From Candidatus Latescibacterota bacterium (GTDB lineage: Bacteria > Latescibacterota > UBA2968): a stretch of 64,000 nt of DNA. A program made the position numbers and the translations under genes. The stretch's first letter is position 1. The number at the start of each line of letters is the position of its first letter. Positions 56,296 to 64,000 of the stretch are shown piece by piece. Under the pieces are notes generated by a model. That model had not been told where the DNA came from, searched no databases, and saw nothing but the letters and a program-made list of their open reading frames with translations. Location: contig OZ242320.1 in the NCBI GenBank assembly GCA_965208125.1, forward strand, positions 736,001 to 800,000, read 5' to 3'.

Positions 56296-59214
56296 ATGCA
56301 CATGTCATCTCGACTATTTTTCGTTCTTTGTCTCTCTCTCAGCATCCCCATTTCGGCCTTTGCCCAACTCAACATTAAAGGCACAGTCAGCGACGAGCGA
56401 GGCGAGGGCCTGCCCAATGCCAATATCATTGTCATCGGCACAACAACCGGCACGAACACCGATACCCAGGGCAATTTCGCGCTATATTTGTCAGAGCCAG
56501 AAGCGGAAACCACCATTGAAGCGCGTTTTGTGGGCTACAAATCCGCCAGACAAACCATTCGCCAAAACAGCGGCCTTGCGGAAGTCTCTTTTCAACTCGC
56601 CGTAGATGTCTTGCAATTCGATGAAATCGTCGTCACAGGCCTTTCCGTTGCAGCCAGCAAAAAACAACTGGGAAATGCCATTTCCACCCTGACCGATCGC
56701 CAATTGGAATCAACCGGTGCCACATCCCTCGACAAAGCGCTGACCGGTAAATTAGCCGGTGCGCTCATCCAGCAAAACTCGGGCAATCCCGGCGGCGGCG
56801 TAACCATCCGTCTGCGCGGAACCGGTACCGTCCTGGGCGATGCCGACCCCCTTTATGTGGTAGATGGCGTCATTGTGAACAACGACTCGCCAGAACTCAT
56901 CCGACTCGGCGGCGGATCGCAAAACCGCCTCATCGATCTCAACCCAAACGACATAGAACGCATTGAAATCGTAAAAGGCGCAGCAGCAGCAGCCCTTTAC
57001 GGATCGCGTGCAAACAACGGCGTCGTGCAAATATTTACAAAACGCGGCGCACAGGGCAAACCCCGCATAAACTATACCTATGGTCTCACAACGTCAAAAA
57101 TACGCAAAACACTGCCAGTAAATCGAGCAACCGTTGACAATAGGGGAAATAAAAATCCCGACGGCTCCGATGTCCAGCGCTTTGACCATCAGGACTTCAT
57201 CTTTAGACGCGCCGCGGGAATGGAGCACTATGCGTCGATTTCGGGAGGATCTGGCAATACCCGTTATTTTGCCTCCGGGTCCTATCTCGCCGATCAAGGC
57301 GTGGTTGAAAACACATTGTTCCGGCGGATCAGTGCCCGAACGCGCATCGACCAGAATTTGTCGAACTGGTTGGCCTTATCTGTGGGAGGAAATTTCGTAT
57401 TTAGCAAAAGCAATGACATCCCCAACGGCGGACTAAATTCAAACTACGGCTCGATGACGGGTTTTATTTTTGGCCCCAACACCTATAATCTCACGCCCGA
57501 CCCCGAAACCGGTACTTATCCGGACGACGGCATTCTCGCCAATCCCCTCGAAGTCATCGATCGATACGATTTCACACAAGAAATCACGCGCTATATTGGA
57601 AATGCACAGTTAAATGCAACCCCGCTATCTGGACTGAGCATCGACTATACCCTGGGCATTGATACCTACGATCAAACGGCCATCGCATTTATTCCTACCG
57701 GTACCTCTGCGCCGGGCCTGGCAAATGGCTTTTCTCGAAGAGCCGTATTCGATTTTCTGCAACTCAACAATGACCTCAACATCAGATACCAGCGGGACAT
57801 ATTTCCCAACGTGCAATCAACCACGCGCATCGGCGGAACCCTGCAATACGAAAAAGGAGAAAACTTCAGCGCAGAAGGCAGAAATCTGAGTCCCGTTGCA
57901 GAAGTCGTATCGAGCGGTGCAAACGTCGTCGCAGGCGAAACCAGAAGCAAAAGGGTCATTTATGGCGGATTTATCCAGCAAACCTTTGGAATCGCCAACC
58001 GTCTTTTTGTCACGGCTGCTGCCCGCATCGACGCCTCCTCGGTCTATGACGCGGATAATCGCTGGCAATTTTATCCAAAAGCGAGTGCCTCCTATCTCAT
58101 TTCAGATACGGGCTTCTGGCAAAATAGCGCACTTCAAAACATCTTTTCAGACTTCAAATTGCGAGCCTCCATAGGCACTTCAGGGGGGCAAACAGCTATT
58201 GGGCCGTATGACCGCCTGACCAATTACAATGCATCCTCTTATGACGGCAACCCCGGTCTGGTGCCCAGCACACAACTCGGCGGAACAATCAAACCCGAAA
58301 GACAGCGGGAAATTGAAGTGGGTGCAGATTTTAGTCTCCTGTCCAATCGCCTGGGTATAGAACTGACCTATTACGATCAGCGCATCGACGACCTGTTGCT
58401 ATTCCGCACATTATCCCCCTCCACAGGTCATTCGCGTGCCCTGCAAAATGTCGGCACCATGGACAATACCGGGTTGGAACTCCTCGTGCGCGCGATTCCG
58501 CTTGCACGCCCCAATCTCCGCTGGGAATCGACCTTCACGTATTCGACCAACAAAAACAAAGTCGATGGCATTGAGGGCGGGCGATTGATTATTCCAAATT
58601 CGTTTTCCCAGGTCTCGGCCATCAACGGCGAACCCCTCGGAGTTTTCTTCAGCACGGCTTTTGAACGCGATGCCCAGGGCAATATCGCAAACGACGAAAA
58701 CAATCTCCCGATACAAGCGGCTGATCGCAAAATTATTGGGGATCCCAACCCGGACTTTACCGCTTCATGGATCAATCAGATCGCCCTGGGACAAAACTGG
58801 TCATTTCGCATGCAATGGGACGCCATCATAGGTGGCGATGTGTTCAATTTTACCAGACGCCTGGCCGCATTGAGCGCATTCGGCGTTTTAACAGACTACG
58901 AACGCGAATTAAACGGCGAACTTCCCTCTGGCTATAATGCGCGGGTCTTCCGAATTTTTGAACAATGGATTGAAGACGGATCCTTTGTGAAATTGCGCGA
59001 ACTATCTGCATCTTATCGCTGGCAGCCCCAATTTTTGGGATTGAGCAGCATTCAATTGAGCCTGATTGGTCGCAATTTGCTTTCCATAGACGATTACAGC
59101 GGTTACGATCCGGAAACCAATATCGCCGGACAGCGCACCGCAGTCCGCGGATTTGACTTCGTAGAAGTGCCCATCCCGCGCAGTATTGCATTTCGTATAA
59201 GTTTGAACTACTAA
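56296..59214 (+). CDS. SusC/RagA TonB-linked outer membrane protein
   Basis: SGNPGGG..IRLRG; PLYVVDG; DLNPNDIERIEIVKGAAAAALYGSRANNGV; SFVKLRE; GYDPE. Confidence 0.93.
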   Translation: MHMSSRLFFVLCLSLSIPISAFAQLNIKGTVSDERGEGLPNANIIVIGTTTGTNTDTQGNFALYLSEPEAETTIEARFVGYKSARQTIRQNSGLAEVSFQLAVDVLQFDEIVVTGLSVAASKKQLGNAISTLTDRQLESTGATSLDKALTGKLAGALIQQNSGNPGGGVTIRLRGTGTVLGDADPLYVVDGVIVNNDSPELIRLGGGSQNRLIDLNPNDIERIEIVKGAAAAALYGSRANNGVVQIFTKRGAQGKPRINYTYGLTTSKIRKTLPVNRATVDNRGNKNPDGSDVQRFDHQDFIFRRAAGMEHYASISGGSGNTRYFASGSYLADQGVVENTLFRRISARTRIDQNLSNWLALSVGGNFVFSKSNDIPNGGLNSNYGSMTGFIFGPNTYNLTPDPETGTYPDDGILANPLEVIDRYDFTQEITRYIGNAQLNATPLSGLSIDYTLGIDTYDQTAIAFIPTGTSAPGLANGFSRRAVFDFLQLNNDLNIRYQRDIFPNVQSTTRIGGTLQYEKGENFSAEGRNLSPVAEVVSSGANVVAGETRSKRVIYGGFIQQTFGIANRLFVTAAARIDASSVYDADNRWQFYPKASASYLISDTGFWQNSALQNIFSDFKLRASIGTSGGQTAIGPYDRLTNYNASSYDGNPGLVPSTQLGGTIKPERQREIEVGADFSLLSNRLGIELTYYDQRIDDLLLFRTLSPSTGHSRALQNVGTMDNTGLELLVRAIPLARPNLRWESTFTYSTNKNKVDGIEGGRLIIPNSFSQVSAINGEPLGVFFSTAFERDAQGNIANDENNLPIQAADRKIIGDPNPDFTASWINQIALGQNWSFRMQWDAIIGGDVFNFTRRLAALSAFGVLTDYERELNGELPSGYNARVFRIFEQWIEDGSFVKLRELSASYRWQPQFLGLSSIQLSLIGRNLLSIDDYSGYDPETNIAGQRTAVRGFDFVEVPIPRSIAFRISLNY

Positions 59215-59224
59215 GGGAAAAAAT

Positions 59225-60529
59225 ATGAAATCGAGTCGCCTGTATATTCTCCCGGCATTGCTGCTCTTTGTCACACAAGGTTGCGATTTAAACATAACAA
59301 ATCCAAATCAGGCAGTGGAAGAGCGCGTTTTAACCACCAGTGACGGCATTATCGCACTCGCCATTGGCATGCAACGAGATTACGCGAGTCAGAATGTCGA
59401 TTCATACATTCGTCATCCGGCAATTACAAGCCGCGAATTTGCGGCAAACACGACATTTGCCAACCTCATACAATTAGAGGATGGCCTCAACGCTTTGTCT
59501 GGCGCGAACAGCGGTGTCAGCGCGATCTGGTTCGAATCATATCGCGTCATCGGAATAGCCAACGACCTGATCGAAAACGCGCCCAATGTGCAACTTTCAG
59601 AAGGTACGCGTAGCGGCATCATTGCACTATCTCAACTTTACAAAGCGATGTGCCTGGGATTCGTCGCACAGGCTTTTGAACAGGCACCAACAGATGTACA
59701 GACCGATGGACAAGCTCCTTTTCAGCCGCGGTCTGAGGTATTTGCCGAAGCGATTCGGTTGCTGGACAACGCGCTCCAAACCATCTCAGCCACGCCACCA
59801 TCTACTCAATTCAACGCGGATATCCTGGGACAGGGATTCGATCTCTTAAATACGATTCACGCTTATCGGGCACGCTATAACCTGTTCGCGGGAAATTATC
59901 CAGCCGCACTTGCAGCCGCCAATACCGTCGATCCCTCGGCAACTTCTGTCTATACTTATGGCGCCGACAATCAGAACCCCATCTACAACCAGGTTTTTGT
60001 TGCGGATGATTATGCGCCAAGAGATAATTTCGGAACGCTGGTCACAGACAGCAACGATGCGAGACTTGCATTTTATCTCATGCCAAATGACCGCCTGAGC
60101 AATCCCAACGCCTTGCCGATTGAAACGCTATCCGGCTTTTGGAACACCGCCACATCGTCCATCCCGGCATATTTGCCCGGCGAAATGGCTCTGACAAGAG
60201 CAGAGGCAAACGCAATGATGGGAGATATCACAGGTGCAATCGCCGAAATAGACGCCATCCGCACAAAAACACCCGATCGTGATCCCTTTGGCATTGGGGC
60301 ATCGCTACCACCCTACAGCGGTCCACAAACCATCGAGGCCGTGACAGAAGAAATCTTTCGGCAGCGCAGAGCGGAATTATTCCTGAACGGTACTGGATTG
60401 GAAGACAGCAGGCGTCTCGGTCAACCCGGTCCCTCATCTGACCCCTTTGAGCGAAATCGAAATTTCTATCCCTATGCCGACCAGGAGCGGTTAAACAACC
60501 CCAATACGCCTTCCGATCCAGCGAATTAG
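59225..60529 (+). CDS. SusD/RagB lipoprotein
   Basis: Lipobox TQGC; L.RAEA; QRRAELF..G..D.RR; directly after susC. Confidence 0.88.
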   Translation: MKSSRLYILPALLLFVTQGCDLNITNPNQAVEERVLTTSDGIIALAIGMQRDYASQNVDSYIRHPAITSREFAANTTFANLIQLEDGLNALSGANSGVSAIWFESYRVIGIANDLIENAPNVQLSEGTRSGIIALSQLYKAMCLGFVAQAFEQAPTDVQTDGQAPFQPRSEVFAEAIRLLDNALQTISATPPSTQFNADILGQGFDLLNTIHAYRARYNLFAGNYPAALAAANTVDPSATSVYTYGADNQNPIYNQVFVADDYAPRDNFGTLVTDSNDARLAFYLMPNDRLSNPNALPIETLSGFWNTATSSIPAYLPGEMALTRAEANAMMGDITGAIAEIDAIRTKTPDRDPFGIGASLPPYSGPQTIEAVTEEIFRQRRAELFLNGTGLEDSRRLGQPGPSSDPFERNRNFYPYADQERLNNPNTPSDPAN

Positions 60530-60540
60530 ACCCTTCCTAT

Positions 60541-60583
60541 AAAAAAAGCAGAGAGCCGTGCAAAATAGCACAGCTCTCTGCTT
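60541..60583. terminator. Terminator between the convergent susD and RND genes
   Basis: AAGCAGAGAGC.GTGC-loop-GCAC.GCTCTCTGCTT. Confidence 0.8.
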
Positions 60584-60603
60584 GGGAGAAATTTTTTATT
60601 ATT

Positions 60604-63600
60604 TTAATCCGCCGCCTGCACCGGGTCATCCCCCCATCGCTCTGACCTCTGGAAACTCACTGTGGCAATCCGCTTCAATGACCCGCGCAAATCATCCAGC
60701 AAAACGTAAAACAGCGGAATCACAAACAGCGTCAGCGCCGTTGACACAATCAGCCCACCCATCATCGTAATCCCCAGCGGCGCATAGGGCATCCCCATCA
60801 TCGTACTGCTGCCAATCGCCATGGGAAACAACCCGAACACCGTCGTGCAGGTCGTCATCAATATAGGACGAAAGCGATTGTGACCCGCCGCCATAATTGC
60901 CGCCGTGCGATCCATACCCGCCTGGCGCAACCGATTGATCATATCGATCAGCACAATCGCATTGTTGACCACCACCCCAATCAGCACAATCGCCCCCACA
61001 TTCGACATAAAATCCATCGTCGTACCCGTCAACCACAACCCCCAATACACCCCCAAAAACGAAAATGGAATCGAAAAAATCACCGCAAAAGGCAAAATAA
61101 CCGACTCAAACAACACGCCCATCAACAAAAACACAAACACGATCGCCATAATCACGGCAAATGTCATCGCCTGGCTTTCCCGGCTGTATTGCGAATGCCG
61201 CTCGCCCTTGTTCCACTCATAACCCCTCGGCAGCGTGAACCCCTCCATCACCCGATCAACCTCCTGATACAACCCTTCCATATCATCCTTGGTCGTATAA
61301 ACGCGCACGCGCAACCGATTGCGACCATTATGCCTGAAAATATGTCCTGGACCTTTGGCCACTTCAAAAGTTGCAAAACTCGACAAAGGCAGCTTTTCAC
61401 CCGAATCGGTCACAAACATAAAATTCTTCAACTGCACCAGCGACTGCCGGTCGGATTCATCCAGAATCAACTGCACATCCACCTCGTGATCATCCGTCTG
61501 AAACCGCGGCAAAGTCGCACCGCGCAGTTGATATGCCAGCGTGCGGCTGATCCGCTCTGCCGGAATACCGTGCTTTTTGGCCTGAGCGCGGTTCACGCGA
61601 ATGCGAATCTCGTCTTTGCCAAACTCCAGATCGCTTTGCAAACTCGTCACTGATGGAATCTGCTGCAACCGCCGCTCCACTTCCCCCAGCATATCTTCTA
61701 ATTTTTCAAAATCAGGACCGTATAAATACACGCCCACATAGGGATCTCGTCCGCCCGAATTTCTGGATTCTACAGCAACTCGAAATCCCACATAGCGCGG
61801 CACCTCCTTATTCAACTCGTCAATAATCTCTTGTCGCGTCATCCACCGCTCAATGGGAAAACCGATCAAATTGCCTGCCCAGCGATACACAGCATACCAC
61901 CACTCTTGATGGGGATCTTCCTCGAGATTCATTCGCAAATTGATATACCCACGCCGAAAATACGTCATAACATTTCTGATTTTATACCTATCCCGCCGCT
62001 CATTCACATAAACTTCCAGATCGCTCGCAATTTTATCCATCTCTTCCAGGGAAAAATTTTTGGGGCCATACATGCGAATGGTCACGCGATTCGAAGAAAA
62101 ACGCATCTGATCGGTCTTCTTCACGTTCTGATATGGAAAATAAATCGTAGCAAACAAAACCAGCACCACGAGAAACGCATCCCGCCGATGGTGAATAACC
62201 CAGTTCAAACCGCGCCGATAAATGCGGCGGACAAAAGCGATGGATTTTGGATCTGATCTCACCACCACATCGCCAAACCGCTGTGCAGCCAGAGGAATAA
62301 ACAACAGCGCCACAAACAGAGAAGCCACCAGCGCAAACACCACGGGCATCCCAATTTTTGACAGCAAAAACTTCATATCAAAGCTGTCATTCATCAGCAT
62401 CATCGGCAAAAACACCACCACAGTGGTCAAAGTCGCCATCGTAATCGCCAGCCCCACCTCGCTGGCTCCGTAGATAGATGCACCGCGCGGCTCTTTACCC
62501 TCTGCCCGCAAGCGATAAATATTCTCCACAATCACAATCGCATTATCCACCACCATGCCCACCCCCACCATCAACCCCATCATCGTCAACAAATTGAGCG
62601 ACCACCCCATAAAATAGAGCACGGTAATCGTCATCATCACACACAGCGGAATGGACAGCGTAATCAGTGCCGTCATACGCAGAGCACGCAGAAAAAACAG
62701 CAACACCAGCGCCGCAAACAACCCGCCCCAAAGTCCCGTGACTTTCAAATTATCCATCGAATCTTCTATCAGCTTGCCCTCGCTGTAAAACAGGCGAAAC
62801 ACCGCAGGCGTATTGGCCTCAATCTCCTCCATTTTCATCACAATACGCTTGCACAAATCGACGATATTCTCACCCGACTCCTTATACACATCCAGACCCA
62901 AATTGCGCTGCCCATCCACGCGCCATACCCGGTCTCGAGGCGGCGCAGCATACACCACATCTGCCACATCCTTCAGACGCACCTGCACATTGCTATAACG
63001 GCCCTGAACAACAATACCCTCAATCTCCTTCAGGCTTTGATAATGCGCCAGAGATCGCACGTAAAACCGCTTACCCCCCTCCTGCACCTGACCGCCAGAC
63101 AAAGAAAAATTGTCCTGCTGCAACGACGCCACAAGCTCGTGGGTTTCAATACCGTGCGTCCGCAACCGCTCTTGATCCACCAAAATCAAAACCTCCTTGT
63201 TCTCAAACCCCCACACGCTGGTCTTTGCTACACCATCAACCCGCTCAATCGGATCGAGAACATGGGTTTGAACCCATTGCTCCTTATCGACAATATCCTC
63301 TGGAATAGACAGCCCGGTCCAGATCACCTCGGAATCGGTTTCCTGATTCCACGAATACACCTTGATCTGATCGCGCACTTCCTCGGGCAAATCGAGCCTG
63401 GCGTGCTCGAGCCGATCTGCCACCCGAACATACGCCTCTCGCATATCCGTGCCCCGGTGAAATTTCAACTCAACTCCTGCCCACGGATCGCCGGCAAAAG
63501 CGTAAATATCGCTCAGTTCTCTCACCGTACGCATATGCCGTTCCATCGGCAGCGCAATGGTATTAAACCGCTCTTGAACCGACGCATTTTCTGTGGCCAC

Positions 63601-63774
63601 ATCCACCCAAAACCGATTCCAGTCATTGCCCGACGCCCATGCCTGAATGGGAATGCGCCAATAAGCCACCAGCCCAATCACCATCAACCCCACCAAACAC
63701 ATCGTCACAGTCACCGGCCGCGTCACCGAAATCCTGGGCAAAAGCGATGTTCTCTTCTCATTCTTCTCAGCCAT
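60604..63774 (-). CDS. RND efflux transporter permease (AcrB family)
   Basis: RPVTV; GMVVDNAIVIVENI; TLTTVVVFLP; GVVVNNAIV; RFRPILMT. Confidence 0.93.
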   Translation of the reverse strand: MAEKNEKRTSLLPRISVTRPVTVTMCLVGLMVIGLVAYWRIPIQAWASGNDWNRFWVDVATENASVQERFNTIALPMERHMRTVRELSDIYAFAGDPWAGVELKFHRGTDMREAYVRVADRLEHARLDLPEEVRDQIKVYSWNQETDSEVIWTGLSIPEDIVDKEQWVQTHVLDPIERVDGVAKTSVWGFENKEVLILVDQERLRTHGIETHELVASLQQDNFSLSGGQVQEGGKRFYVRSLAHYQSLKEIEGIVVQGRYSNVQVRLKDVADVVYAAPPRDRVWRVDGQRNLGLDVYKESGENIVDLCKRIVMKMEEIEANTPAVFRLFYSEGKLIEDSMDNLKVTGLWGGLFAALVLLFFLRALRMTALITLSIPLCVMMTITVLYFMGWSLNLLTMMGLMVGVGMVVDNAIVIVENIYRLRAEGKEPRGASIYGASEVGLAITMATLTTVVVFLPMMLMNDSFDMKFLLSKIGMPVVFALVASLFVALLFIPLAAQRFGDVVVRSDPKSIAFVRRIYRRGLNWVIHHRRDAFLVVLVLFATIYFPYQNVKKTDQMRFSSNRVTIRMYGPKNFSLEEMDKIASDLEVYVNERRDRYKIRNVMTYFRRGYINLRMNLEEDPHQEWWYAVYRWAGNLIGFPIERWMTRQEIIDELNKEVPRYVGFRVAVESRNSGGRDPYVGVYLYGPDFEKLEDMLGEVERRLQQIPSVTSLQSDLEFGKDEIRIRVNRAQAKKHGIPAERISRTLAYQLRGATLPRFQTDDHEVDVQLILDESDRQSLVQLKNFMFVTDSGEKLPLSSFATFEVAKGPGHIFRHNGRNRLRVRVYTTKDDMEGLYQEVDRVMEGFTLPRGYEWNKGERHSQYSRESQAMTFAVIMAIVFVFLLMGVLFESVILPFAVIFSIPFSFLGVYWGLWLTGTTMDFMSNVGAIVLIGVVVNNAIVLIDMINRLRQAGMDRTAAIMAAGHNRFRPILMTTCTTVFGLFPMAIGSSTMMGMPYAPLGITMMGGLIVSTALTLFVIPLFYVLLDDLRGSLKRIATVSFQRSERWGDDPVQAAD

Positions 63775-64000
63775 TTATATCCTCCGAATGGTATCCCATC
63801 TCTCCCCGTATAACAGCACTACGGGGCAGGCTCTTTCACCTATATAGACACACCCCAGAACCATCCGGTTTTCTTTTGGACAAAAAAAAATCCGCAAAGC
63901 GGATTGTAGAATTCCTAAATAATTTTTAATGTCCTGTACCTCAGATCACAAACCTCACCGCGAATAATCAAGCCTGGCCAGGAGCATCGGCAAAGACCGA

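Noticed and set aside
63880-64000. Small hairpin and possible 3' end of an upstream gene
   Set aside because: Too little sequence to assign
1-64000. CRISPR array, tRNA/rRNA, integrase or DDE transposase
   Set aside because: No regularly spaced repeats, structural RNA signatures or recombinase/transposase motifs were seen by eye

Overview
Bacterial chromosomal window. Lineage is inferred to be Candidatus Latescibacterota or a similar FCB-group organism, possibly a sponge-symbiont type, from the FlgD/T9SS-like and dockerin-like C-terminal tags, SusC/SusD, and the PhyH, sulfatase and enolase-family genes. About 1.2-9.3 kb is an accessory region. A five-gene island with no transposase or integrase is bracketed by a long imperfect inverted repeat with a REP-like core. 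It carries two uncharacterised modules: an HTH/PLD-like nuclease with a translationally coupled partner, and a glycine-zipper/membrane module with a deleted paralog. Next to it is an Rpn-family gene flanked by perfect 14-bp inverted repeats and containing an internal RBS and ATG. About 9.3-20.7 kb is a cobalamin-riboswitch-controlled B12 uptake and salvage operon (btuF, btuB, btuG-like, cobO, cbiZ, cbiB, btuD, btuC), interrupted by a secreted double-Cache protein. About 20.7-30.5 kb holds housekeeping and copper/cytochrome genes, an orphan adenine methyltransferase, and an FG-GAP gene that shares a duplicated signal peptide with its neighbour. About 30.5-53 kb is a long run of catabolic enzymes. 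The window ends with pyrE, a solute-binding protein, SusC/SusD and an RND permease. No rRNA, tRNA or CRISPR array was seen. Family calls come from motif recognition by eye; no searches were run.
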